The notes below the pieces were generated by a model. The model saw only the letters and a program-made list of their open reading frames with translations, did no database searches and was not told the DNA's origin. A DNA stretch of 64,000 nucleotides from an uncultured Acidobacteriota bacterium (GTDB taxonomy: Bacteria > Acidobacteriota > Thermoanaerobaculia > Gp7-AA8). This document shows, one piece after another, positions 8,239-17,420 of the stretch. The stretch spans positions 512,001-576,000 of the forward strand of contig CAVUKB010000004.1 in NCBI GenBank assembly GCA_963741955.1. Direction: 5' to 3'. Position 1 is the stretch's first letter, and every line of letters starts with the position of its first letter. A program made the translations under genes and the position numbers.

Positions 8239-8619
8239 GCGCGAGGATAAGAGAACAAGTCAGGCGTGGGCGTTGGAATCGTAGCAGGATGATCCAGGCT
8301 TCGTCCGTTGGAAGATGGGAGCGAATCCAATGAACCGCTTCGCGGTGAACTTCGGCAATCCGCGCGCATGGATCACCCTCGGCATCCTGCTCGGTGTTCG
8401 TCGCCCTCTCCATCGCACTGCCGGTGCTCCTCTGACCGCCCCTCCGCCCGCAGGTGTTACGATTTCCGAGTCACGACATGGGTGCGGCCGTTCCGGTCGC
8501 TGAGGAGCGAAGCGAACCCCCTCCGCTCTCGTGAGGAGCGGTGGAAGACGAGGCGGGCGCTCGCTTCGGGGCCATGAGAGGGATGTTCGCTCCACCGACG
8601 AATGGAGGAGGATTCGGCG

Positions 8620-9309
8620 ATGATGACGACCCGGAGGGTGAATCGATCCCACGGCGACCGATCTCTCCGAGGTTGGTTGGGAGTCGTCGTCGCGGTTCTC
8701 GTCGCGATCATCGGTCCCTCCGTCGCCCGCGGGGCGGAACCGGAAACGAAGTGTCCTGAACCGGAGGCGCGCCAGTTCGATTTCTGGATCGGGGATTGGG
8801 ACATCCAGCAGAAGATCCTCGGAAGCGACGGCGGTTGGATCGAGCTTCCCGCACATACGCACGTGGAACCGATCCTCGGCGGGTGTGCACTCCTCGAGCG
8901 TTGGAGTGGGCGCGTCCAGTTCTTCTGGGAAGGGATGTCGAAGCCGGAAGCGATGGACGGGATGAGCGTGCGTGCCTGGGATCCGAAGGAGGCGGTCTGG
9001 CGGATCTGGTGGATGGATTCCCGGTCGCGAAGGCTCGGTGTGCCGGCGGTCGGAGAGTTCCGTGACGGGAGAGGAGAGTTCGAATCGTCCCGCAAGGGAG
9101 CAGACGGGAAGACCATCCGCACGCGGATCAGCTTCGAGCGGCTCTCCACCGGGCGGGTTCACTGGGATCTCGCGATCTCGCGGGATGCCGGTCGCAACTG
9201 GCAGACGATCTGGATCATGGAAATGCGGCGATCCGGCAGCGTCGTCGAGCGGGACGTGCTTCCCTCGTTCTGCGGTACGATGGTCCATGGTCGGATTCAC
9301 CCACGATGA
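8620..9309 (+). CDS. Exported hypothetical protein (DUF1579-like beta-barrel)
   Basis: GGAGGAGG RBS, signal-like hydrophobic stretch, motif CxxPEARQFDFWIGDWDI...ILGGCALLERW...SRDAGRNWQ. Confidence 0.65.
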   Translation: MMTTRRVNRSHGDRSLRGWLGVVVAVLVAIIGPSVARGAEPETKCPEPEARQFDFWIGDWDIQQKILGSDGGWIELPAHTHVEPILGGCALLERWSGRVQFFWEGMSKPEAMDGMSVRAWDPKEAVWRIWWMDSRSRRLGVPAVGEFRDGRGEFESSRKGADGKTIRTRISFERLSTGRVHWDLAISRDAGRNWQTIWIMEMRRSGSVVERDVLPSFCGTMVHGRIHPR

Positions 9310-9324
9310 CAGGAGGTGTTCATC

Positions 9325-9885
9325 ATGACCGGATTCGGCATGCTCTGGATTCCGATCCTCGTCGCCGGCGTCGCGGTGTTCGTGCTCAGCTCGATCATCC
9401 ACATGGCGCCGCTGTGGCACCGCAACGACTTCCCGAAACTTCCGGACGAAGAAGGGGTCAGGGCTGCACTCGGGCCCGTGCGGATCCCTCCTGGCGAGTA
9501 CATCGTCCCGCGCGCAGGGACCCCCGCCGAGATGAAGTCTCCCGAATACGTCGAGAAGCTGAACCAGGGACCGGTGATGATGATGACCGTTCTTCCGAAC
9601 GGCCAGTTCGGGATGGCGCGCGACATGATCCTCTGGCTCGTTTACATTCTGCTGGTCAGCTTCTTCTCCGCCTACATTGCCGGCCGAGCCCTTCCTCCGG
9701 GTGCGATCTACCTCTCCGTCTTCCGGTTCGCAGGAGCGACGGCGTTCATCGGGTATGCGGTTGCGCTCTGGCAGATGTCGATCTGGTACAGGCGCTCGTG
9801 GAGTCTGACCCTGAAGATCACCTTCGACGGGATCCTCTACGCCATCCTCACCGGCGGGATTTTCGGCTGGCTCTGGCCGCGGTAG
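9325..9885 (+). CDS. Conserved hypothetical membrane protein (~4 TM)
   Basis: AGGAGG RBS; LWIPILVAGVAVFVLSSIIHMAPLWH, several hydrophobic helices, ends FGWLWPR. Confidence 0.75.
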   Translation: MTGFGMLWIPILVAGVAVFVLSSIIHMAPLWHRNDFPKLPDEEGVRAALGPVRIPPGEYIVPRAGTPAEMKSPEYVEKLNQGPVMMMTVLPNGQFGMARDMILWLVYILLVSFFSAYIAGRALPPGAIYLSVFRFAGATAFIGYAVALWQMSIWYRRSWSLTLKITFDGILYAILTGGIFGWLWPR

Positions 9886-9973
9886 CCGCAGGCACCGAGC
9901 AGCTCACCCCTGAAGCCGGCGCGCCCGCTCTTCCGGACGAGCTCCGGCCGAGCGATGGTGGTTCGCACGATTG

Positions 9974-11302
9974 ATGCGTACGGCTTCGGCGGGACTGGTA
10001 TCCTTCTCTCCGATGAATCGCCGTTCTCCGATCGGACAGCCCGAGCGAATCCGCATCGCTCTCTCCGACGATGCGTCGGGATCGATTCCGCTGTCGCTTC
10101 CGCGTCGGCGCGTGTGGCCGGCGGGGATTTTCACCGGAATTTTCTTTCTGGTGATGACCAGCATCAGCTGGGGGGCGATCTCCTCGATCCACCGCTCCGC
10201 GGTGCACGATTTCTCCGACCTCGGGATCATCCTTTTCAGTTCGTTCTGGGTTCTCGGGTGGTCGGCCGGTGCGCTCTTCTTCGGCGCGCTCACCGTTCTC
10301 CTCCTCTTCTACCGCGAGAGCGCCCTGATTCAGGGTGACCGCCTGGTCGTCGGGCCGCGCCTGGGGCCGATCCGCATCCGAGCCGAATACGAGCTGGTGA
10401 AGATCCGCGACGTCCACGTCGAAAGCGCTGCCGCGAAGAACGGAGTCGCGATGGCGCGAGTCCGTTTCGGGTACCGCGGCGGGACCACGGGACTCGGCGA
10501 TGCGATGCCGCTCCCGCGCGCGGAGCATCTCGTGCGAATGCTCGAGCATGCCCGCGCGACGGTCGCGACAATTGCGACGACATCCGCGACTCAGGAAGAG
10601 GATGCCGCCGGGCTTTCGAAACCATTCGAGCCGCCGTCCGCAGCCGTCGATACGGATGCGCCGCCGTTCTCGTGGGCCGCGCCGTCGATGATCTCGCTCG
10701 TCGCCGCGAATGCGATCCCACTCGCGGGCGTCCTCCTGTTCCACTGGGATCTGGGGCAGCTGCTGCTCCTCTTCTGGGCGGAGAGCGCGGTGATCGGGTT
10801 CTACAACCTCCTCAAGCTGATCGTCGTCGCGAAGTGGGGAGCCCTCTTCATCGGCCCCTTCTTTGCGGGTCACTACGGCGGCTTCATGGCGGGACACCTG
10901 CTGTTCATCTACGTTCTCTTCATCAAGGGAGCGGAAGGCGGTGTCTCGGGCGAGCCGGTGACGACGACGCTGCGATCACTCTTCGCGCCTCTCTGGGTCG
11001 CGCTTCTGGCGATGTTCATCAGTCATGGCCTCTCGTTCTTCCTGAACTTCATCGGGCGGAAGGAGTACCGCACGGCGAACGTCGGAACGCTGATGGCCGC
11101 TCCCTACGGACGAATCGTGATGATGCACGTGACGATCATCGCTGGGGGGTGGATCATCATGATGCTCGGCAGTCCGCTCCCGGCACTGGCTCTCCTGGTG
11201 GTGCTCAAGACCGCCGCCGATTTCCGTGCGCACCGAAAAGAGCACGGGAGCGGTCCGGCGATGCTCGCCGCGCGGCGGGGTGCGAGCGCTTCCGCGTCGT
11301 GA
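9974..11302 (+). CDS. Membrane protein with C-terminal DUF6498-like domain
   Basis: LVAANAIPLAGVLLFHWDLGQLLLLFWAESAVIGFYN, FFAGHYGGFMAGH, MAAPYGRIVMMHVTII; start uncertain. Confidence 0.7.
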   Translation: MRTASAGLVSFSPMNRRSPIGQPERIRIALSDDASGSIPLSLPRRRVWPAGIFTGIFFLVMTSISWGAISSIHRSAVHDFSDLGIILFSSFWVLGWSAGALFFGALTVLLLFYRESALIQGDRLVVGPRLGPIRIRAEYELVKIRDVHVESAAAKNGVAMARVRFGYRGGTTGLGDAMPLPRAEHLVRMLEHARATVATIATTSATQEEDAAGLSKPFEPPSAAVDTDAPPFSWAAPSMISLVAANAIPLAGVLLFHWDLGQLLLLFWAESAVIGFYNLLKLIVVAKWGALFIGPFFAGHYGGFMAGHLLFIYVLFIKGAEGGVSGEPVTTTLRSLFAPLWVALLAMFISHGLSFFLNFIGRKEYRTANVGTLMAAPYGRIVMMHVTIIAGGWIIMMLGSPLPALALLVVLKTAADFRAHRKEHGSGPAMLAARRGASASAS

Positions 11303-11356
11303 AAATGACGGAGATTCCCGATCGCCGGGTGCGGGTCTTGCGGGGAGTCTCCAACC

Positions 11357-12082
11357 ATGCCTGAAACGAGACACGAGGAACGGACCGACGACGTGACCCG
11401 TGGTGAGGGTCTGCCGGTGGTCCGGGCCGAGCGCCTGAGCCGCGTCACCGGGACCACTGTTCTCGTCGGGGACGCGACGTTCGATGTCCTGAAGGGAGAG
11501 ATGCTCGCGATCGTGGGACCGAGCGGCTCCGGGAAGAGCTCTCTTCTTCGCCTTCTGAATCGCCTCGACGAACCGACCGGCGGAACGGTGTACGTCAACG
11601 GGACTGATTACCGCGAGATCCCGCCGCGCGAGCTGAGGCGCGAGATCGGAATGGTCACCCAGCGTCCTTTCCTCTTTCCCGGCACCGTGGCGGCGAATCT
11701 CCGCTTCGGCCCGGCGCAGCGTGGAGAGTTACTCGGGGATCACGAGCTCGCCGATCTCCTCACACGAGCGGGCCTGGATGGGTACGCGGAACGCGACGTG
11801 GCGAACCTCTCCGGAGGCGAGCAGCAGCGCGTCTCCGTCGCCCGGACCCTCGCGAATCATCCGCTGGTCCTCCTTCTCGACGAACCGACGTCGTCTCTCG
11901 ACGAGCGATTCAAGCTGGAGATCGAGACATTGATCGCGTCGATCGTCCGGGACCAGAACCTCACTTGCGTGCTCGTGACGCACGACATGCGTCAGGCACG
12001 GAGACTTGCAGATCGCGCCATCGTGCTCGAGGCCGGGAGGATCGTCCGGACCGGTCCGGTCGAGGAGGTACTCGATGCTTGA
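11357..12082 (+). CDS. fetA: ABC transporter ATP-binding protein (FetA/YbbL-like)
   Basis: Walker A GPSGSGKS, LSGGEQQR, LLLDEPT; overlaps a FetB-like permease gene. Confidence 0.8.
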   Translation: MPETRHEERTDDVTRGEGLPVVRAERLSRVTGTTVLVGDATFDVLKGEMLAIVGPSGSGKSSLLRLLNRLDEPTGGTVYVNGTDYREIPPRELRREIGMVTQRPFLFPGTVAANLRFGPAQRGELLGDHELADLLTRAGLDGYAERDVANLSGGEQQRVSVARTLANHPLVLLLDEPTSSLDERFKLEIETLIASIVRDQNLTCVLVTHDMRQARRLADRAIVLEAGRIVRTGPVEEVLDA

Positions 12083-12881
12083 ACATTGGCTTCATTCCCC
12101 GCTGCAACTCGTGATCGCTCAGGCATTGGTGGCGGCCGCAGCAGCCACGGTCGTAGTGGTTCTCGCACACCGCCGTGGGATCCGGCTGGAGGGCGACGCT
12201 GCGATCGCGATGATCCGCGGCCTGGTACAGATCGTCGCAGTCGGTTCGATACTCGTGCTTCTTCTTCGCGGTCCCCGCTGGACGAGCGTCTTCCTTCTGG
12301 TCGCGATGATCCTCGCCGCCGGGGCGACGTCGGCGAGACGTGCGAAGAAACTTCCCGGCGCATTCGCAGTCTCCGCCTGGGCGATCGCGGGAGGAGCCGG
12401 ATCGATCATCGCGGTGATGACTGCTCTCGGCGTGATCGACACAGCGATCACCTCCCTGGTGCCGGTCGGCAGCATGCTGATCGCGAACGCGATGAACACC
12501 AACAGCCTGGCGATGAACCGGTTCCGTTCCGAAGTGCTGGCCCACGTCGGCGAAGTCGAGACCGCGCTGGCTCTCGGCGCGGAGTCGAGAACGAGCGTGT
12601 CGCCCTACGTGCAGAATGCTTTCGAATCGAGTCTGATCCCCGCCATCGACTCGCTCCGATCGCTCGGCATCGTCTGGATTCCCGGGCTGATGACCGGCAT
12701 GCTCCTCTCCGGTGCGAACCCCATCCACGCGGCCATCTACCAGTTCGTGGTGATCGCGATGGTTCTCGCCTCGTCCGGCCTTACTTCCCTCATCAGCACG
12801 TTGCTGATCCGCCCCCGGATCTTTTCCGCGGCGGATCAGCTGGTGCTGCGAGAGGGGATGGCTGGAAACCCGAGGGGTTGA
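12075..12881 (+). CDS. fetB: ABC transporter permease (FetB/YbbM, UPF0014)
   Basis: RGLVQIVAVG, LVPVGSMLIANAMN, IPAIDSLRSLGIVWIPGLMTGMLLSGANPIHAAIYQ. Confidence 0.85.
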   Translation: MLEHWLHSPLQLVIAQALVAAAAATVVVVLAHRRGIRLEGDAAIAMIRGLVQIVAVGSILVLLLRGPRWTSVFLLVAMILAAGATSARRAKKLPGAFAVSAWAIAGGAGSIIAVMTALGVIDTAITSLVPVGSMLIANAMNTNSLAMNRFRSEVLAHVGEVETALALGAESRTSVSPYVQNAFESSLIPAIDSLRSLGIVWIPGLMTGMLLSGANPIHAAIYQFVVIAMVLASSGLTSLISTLLIRPRIFSAADQLVLREGMAGNPRG

Positions 12882-12966
12882 CCTTCCGGCACCGCAGGAG
12901 TCTCGAAGATCCCGCAGGAAAATCTGCCGAGATCTCCATCTCTCGATCAGCTTCGCCTGCTCTCTC

Positions 12967-14391
12967 TCATTTCGCCGGCGCGGCGTTCACATCCTTCGCC
13001 GGGCGGAAACCGGGATCGGTGATCTTCATCTCTTCCACCGGACCGTACTTCTTCACCACGTCGCGGATCGCGGACGCCTTTCCGATGAAGACGAAGGTGA
13101 GATTGTCCGTGGTCGGGTAGACTCGGTCGATCACCTTCCGGATCCCCTCCGTCGTCACGGCATTCACCCTTGCCGCGTACTCGTCGACGTCGCTGCGATC
13201 AAGACCGTAGAACGCGAGCTCCGAGATCTTCGATGCGAGCTGCCCGTTCCGTTCGAGCTCGGGGGGATACTGCCCGAGGACGTATGCCTTTGCGGAGGCA
13301 AGGGTCTCGGCATCGAGCCCGTTCTGATGGAAACGCTTCAGAACGTCGAGGGAGAGATCGACCGCCTTCTCCGTCGAGTCGTTTTTCGTGTAGGAGCTGA
13401 TGGCGAGCGCGCCGGGCCGCGTGTCGAGATCGAGCACGGAGCTCGCGCCGTAGGTCAGTCCCGATTTGATCCTCAGCTCGGAATTGATCATCGACGTGAA
13501 GCGACCTCCGAACACGGTGTTGGCGAGGTCGGTCGCGACATAGTCGGGATCGGTACGGGCGATGCCGAGATTGCCGATCCAGAAGTAGGTCTGGGTGGCG
13601 TCCGGTTTGTCGACGAGGAGGACGCGCCTTCCTTTGGACGCTGCGGTCGGCGGCGCGACAGGAGCCGGGGCGGGCGTCCTGGCCCACTCGCCGAAGGCTT
13701 TCTCGATCCGGCCGGCCATGCCCTTCGCGTCGAAATCGCCGACCACCGCTAGGATCAGACGGTTTCCCCCGAAGTTCGCACGGTAATCGTCGAGGACGTC
13801 CTTACGGGTGATCGTTGCGAGAGTCGTTGCGGTTCCGCGCAGCGGATTTCCGTACGGGTGATCGCCGAAGAACCAGGCGTGGAAGTACGTGCCGATCAGC
13901 CATCGCGGATCGCCGTCCTTCGCCGCCGCGAGGCGTTCGATCGCCTGTTGCCGCACCTTGGCCAGCTCGTCTTCCGGGAATGCCGGACGGATCAGGAGAT
14001 CGGAGAGCAGCTCGACCATCAGATCGGAGTCGCGAGCGAGGAACTCGCCGCGTACGAGAGTCTCTTCCAGGCCGGGAGAAACGGAGAGGTCTGCGCCGGC
14101 GCCGTCGACGGCGCTTGCGAATTCCGCTGCGCTCCGTTTCCCGGCGCCCTTCTGGAGCATCTCCGCCGTGATTGCAGTCACGCCCTCCTTGCCGGAAGGA
14201 TCGTCAATCGCCCCGCCGCGCAGCCGCGCGGTGAACGCGATCATCGGAACATCGTGCTTTTCCATCAGGAGCACGGTGGCACCGTTCTTCAGATGAAGCT
14301 CCTGGTACGGCGGGAGCGTGACGCCGGCGGGTTCGGCCGCCTGCAGAATTCCGGCGGTGAGAAGAAGAGGGAGGAAGAACTGGAGCTTCAT
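12967..14391 (-). CDS. M16 family peptidase, non-catalytic subunit
   Basis: Signal peptide MKLQFFLPLLLTAGILQA, LKNGATV, no HxxEH, C-terminal ELRIKSGLTYG; ATGA overlap with the upstream M16 gene. Confidence 0.88.
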   Translation of the reverse strand: MKLQFFLPLLLTAGILQAAEPAGVTLPPYQELHLKNGATVLLMEKHDVPMIAFTARLRGGAIDDPSGKEGVTAITAEMLQKGAGKRSAAEFASAVDGAGADLSVSPGLEETLVRGEFLARDSDLMVELLSDLLIRPAFPEDELAKVRQQAIERLAAAKDGDPRWLIGTYFHAWFFGDHPYGNPLRGTATTLATITRKDVLDDYRANFGGNRLILAVVGDFDAKGMAGRIEKAFGEWARTPAPAPVAPPTAASKGRRVLLVDKPDATQTYFWIGNLGIARTDPDYVATDLANTVFGGRFTSMINSELRIKSGLTYGASSVLDLDTRPGALAISSYTKNDSTEKAVDLSLDVLKRFHQNGLDAETLASAKAYVLGQYPPELERNGQLASKISELAFYGLDRSDVDEYAARVNAVTTEGIRKVIDRVYPTTDNLTFVFIGKASAIRDVVKKYGPVEEMKITDPGFRPAKDVNAAPAK

Positions 14392-15746
14392 CGTGACGCC
14401 TCCGGGGCGTTTCCGGCGGCCGGAACGAGCTGGCCGACCGTTCGATTGGTCGGGGTGAAGTACTTTGCTGCGACGTCGCGGATCTGCTCCGCGGTCACCG
14501 CTTCGTACGTTGCCGGTGCGGAGAAGAGCTGGTGATAGTCGCCGTGGAAGACCTCGTACTCGCCGAGTGCACGAGCCTTTCCGTTGATCGTCTCGAGGCC
14601 GCCCCAGAACTGCGCGAGAAACATGTTCTTCACCTTGGTCACCTCGGCGGGAGTCGGCCCATCGTGTGCGATCCGGGCGATCTCTTCGTCGATGATCTTT
14701 TCCGTTCGGTCGAGATTCCCGTCGGCGGAGAGAGTCACCATCATCCACGCGAGCCCCGGATCGAAGCCCTCGTCGGCGTATGCGTCGACACGGAGCGCCT
14801 GGCGCTCCTGGTCGACGAGGCGGCGGTAGAGACGGGACGAATCTCCTTCGGTGAGAATCGAGAGGAGGAGATTCACGGCGGGAAGGTCGGCGTCGGTGGC
14901 GTTGCCGATGTGCCATGCCATCTGAAGGATCGGCACCTGAGCGGCTTTGGTGATCTCCACCCGACGTTCACCTTTCTGCGCCGGCTCCTTCGTTCGGATC
15001 GGTGGAGGCGGATCGTGTCGCGGGATCGGTCCGAGGTACTGTTCGGCGAGAGAGAAGATCTCGTCGGGGGTCACGTCTCCGGTGACGATCATGGTGGCGT
15101 TGTTCGGAGCGTAATAGGTGCGGAAGTACCGGACCAGATCCTCCCGGGTCCATGATTCGATGTCGGAGGGCCAGCCGATGACCGGGTTGTGGTAGGGATG
15201 GGCGAGGAAGGCGGTCGACTGCACCTGCTCGGAGAGAAGTCCGAAGTTGTTGTTGTCGACCGACGAGCGACGCTCGGAGTAGACCACGCCGCGCTCGCTG
15301 TCGATCATCTTCGGGTCGAAGGCGAGGTTCTGGATCCGGTCGGCTTCGAGATCGAAGATGGTCCGGAGAGCCGACTTCGGGAACCAGTCCTCGTAGACGG
15401 TGACGTTCTCGCTGGTGAAGGCGTTGTTCGATCCGCCCGCCGCTTCCATGACTCGGTCGAACTCTCCCGGCCCGTACTTTTTCGCGCCGTTGAACATCAT
15501 GTGCTCGAAGAAGTGGGAGAGACCGGTGATCCCGGTGACCTCGTTGCGGCTTCCGACGTGGAACCAGTCGTAGATCACCACGTTCGGGATGTCGTGATCG
15601 GGCCAGACGATGATTTTCATCCCGTTCGGGAGCACTTTGCTGCGGATGTCCTTCCCGAGGCTCGATGCGGCATCCGGAGTGGCAGCGATCGCGGAGGCCC
15701 CGAGCAGGAGTGCCGTGATCGAGAGAAGCAGTACGAAGCGTTTCAT
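14388..15746 (-). CDS. M16 family zinc peptidase, catalytic subunit
   Basis: Signal peptide, GLSHFFEHMMFNG (HxxEH), NAFTS, YYAPNNA. Confidence 0.92.
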   Translation of the reverse strand: MKRFVLLLSITALLLGASAIAATPDAASSLGKDIRSKVLPNGMKIIVWPDHDIPNVVIYDWFHVGSRNEVTGITGLSHFFEHMMFNGAKKYGPGEFDRVMEAAGGSNNAFTSENVTVYEDWFPKSALRTIFDLEADRIQNLAFDPKMIDSERGVVYSERRSSVDNNNFGLLSEQVQSTAFLAHPYHNPVIGWPSDIESWTREDLVRYFRTYYAPNNATMIVTGDVTPDEIFSLAEQYLGPIPRHDPPPPIRTKEPAQKGERRVEITKAAQVPILQMAWHIGNATDADLPAVNLLLSILTEGDSSRLYRRLVDQERQALRVDAYADEGFDPGLAWMMVTLSADGNLDRTEKIIDEEIARIAHDGPTPAEVTKVKNMFLAQFWGGLETINGKARALGEYEVFHGDYHQLFSAPATYEAVTAEQIRDVAAKYFTPTNRTVGQLVPAAGNAPEASR

Positions 15747-15794
15747 CAGAGTGTCATCCTCTCTTCGGTAGATCGGAACGCGGCGGTGCGCGAG

Positions 15795-16949
15795 TCAGTT
15801 TCTGGCGATCACGTACCACCCTGGAGCGGTGAGATCATCGATGGAGTATTCGAGATTGGCGGCGTCGAGTTTCGTCCTGAGATCCTCGAACTCGGGAGTG
15901 AGGATCGGCGTCTGAGAGCGGAGCTCGACCAGTTGCCACCCGGCGATGCTCAGCATCTCTTCAATGGTCCGGCGGGTGAAGAAGCGAAGATGACCGGCGC
16001 AGAGAATCCCCATGTACACGTAATCGAAACGTCCGCGCAGAAGATCGGAGACCACCGGCCAGCTGGAGACGTTCGGGAGACTGAGCAGCAGATGCCCGCC
16101 CGGGGCCGCGAGGCGGCGCAGTCGCTGGAGAAACGTCCACGGCTCGTCCAGATGCTCGAGGATGTCTCCCCCGATGATCCAGTCGAACCTCTCGTCCACC
16201 TCGTCGACGACCTTCCGGACGTCTCCCGCAATCAGCCGGTCCACCCTCGCTCTTGCCGCCGCCTCGGCTTCCGGGTCGAGCTCCACTCCGACCACCCGGC
16301 ACCGCTGACGGAGTTTCAGCGCTTCGGCGAGGGCTCCTTCACCGCATCCGAATTCGAGGATGCTTCGGGCATCGGAAGGAATGATCTCGAGAAGATCGCC
16401 GCGCAGCTGTCCGCGCATCGACGCGAAGCGGTGCACGAATAGTGCGGGCACCACGGTGACCCGCGCGCCGTCGAGCGCCGAGTGGAGCGGCCCTGCCGAT
16501 CCGGCGATCGCAGCGGTTCGGGCGAGATAGATCCCGGGATCGGCGTCACCCCAGTCGGTGGTGAACGGCGCGGTGGCGTCCGCCGCGATGGCCGACGCCA
16601 CCTCTTCCAGCTGCCTCAGGGTCTGGTAGGGTCGGGGAGGTGCAACGCGCTGGCGCGGCTCGTCTCCCTCGTTCGAGACCGGGACCGCGGCCACCGCTTC
16701 GGACCCTTCGAGGGCCGTGGCGAGTCCACGCGCGAGGTCCGCGGGCGGCACCGCGAGCGGATCCGTCACCACCAGCACGAGCGGAGTGGCGACGGTCTCG
16801 ACGAGTCGAGCAGCGGGACTCCCGGGATCGTAACGCACCAGCGGGGCCTGCTCCGCGTCGCGAAGAATCCGCATCTCGCACTGCCAGGCGGCATAGCGCT
16901 CCTCGATGGCAGGATGGGTCGAATTGGGGAAGAGGATCGTCAGATCCAT
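15795..16949 (-). CDS. Class I SAM-dependent methyltransferase with a glycosyltransferase-like N-terminal region
   Basis: ILEFGCGEG, GDILEHLDEPW, SLPNV, GILCAGHLRFFT (glycan-cluster type methyltransferase); the longer 5' ORF extension is translated repeat. Confidence 0.8.
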   Translation of the reverse strand: MDLTILFPNSTHPAIEERYAAWQCEMRILRDAEQAPLVRYDPGSPAARLVETVATPLVLVVTDPLAVPPADLARGLATALEGSEAVAAVPVSNEGDEPRQRVAPPRPYQTLRQLEEVASAIAADATAPFTTDWGDADPGIYLARTAAIAGSAGPLHSALDGARVTVVPALFVHRFASMRGQLRGDLLEIIPSDARSILEFGCGEGALAEALKLRQRCRVVGVELDPEAEAAARARVDRLIAGDVRKVVDEVDERFDWIIGGDILEHLDEPWTFLQRLRRLAAPGGHLLLSLPNVSSWPVVSDLLRGRFDYVYMGILCAGHLRFFTRRTIEEMLSIAGWQLVELRSQTPILTPEFEDLRTKLDAANLEYSIDDLTAPGWYVIARN

Positions 16950-16995
16950 GGGCGAGACGTTTATGCAACGCCTCAGGAGCGAAGTCAAGAAATGC

Positions 16996-17400
16996 ATCGA
17001 GGATCGAGGATCTGAAAGGCATCGAGGATCGAGGATCGAGGATCCGAAAGGCATCGAGGATCGAGGATCGCGGATCGAGGATCTGAAAGGCATTAGAAAT
17101 CTCTGATGGAAGATCTGGAATCCGGAATCTGAGAGAGATCGAGGACCGTCGATCGAGGAGTGATCGGCATCGCGGATCGGGGCGGGGGAGTCCCGCGTGT
17201 CCTCGATCCCGAAAGCCTCGCAGGTCCTCGATCTCAGATAGTTTCTCCTTGCTGGCCTTCAGATCCACGATCCACGATCCCAGATGCTTTCGATCCTCGA
17301 TCCACGATCCACGATCACAGATGCTTTCGATCCTCGATCCTCGATCCACGATCACAGATGCTTTCGATCCTCGATCCTCGATCCTCGATCCTCGATCCTA
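16996..17400. repeat. Opposed GAGGATC / GATCCTC heptamer arrays between divergent genes
   Basis: GAGGATC runs at ~16996-17160 and GATCCTC/GATCCAC runs at ~17200-17400, with recurring interruptions (gaaaggcatc / gatgctttc). Confidence 0.92.
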
Positions 17401-17420
17401 GATGTCTCTCTTCCCTTACA

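Noticed and set aside
8308-8577. Small ORFs between imuA and the exported protein
   Set aside because: No convincing RBS or motif; cannot be supported from sequence alone.
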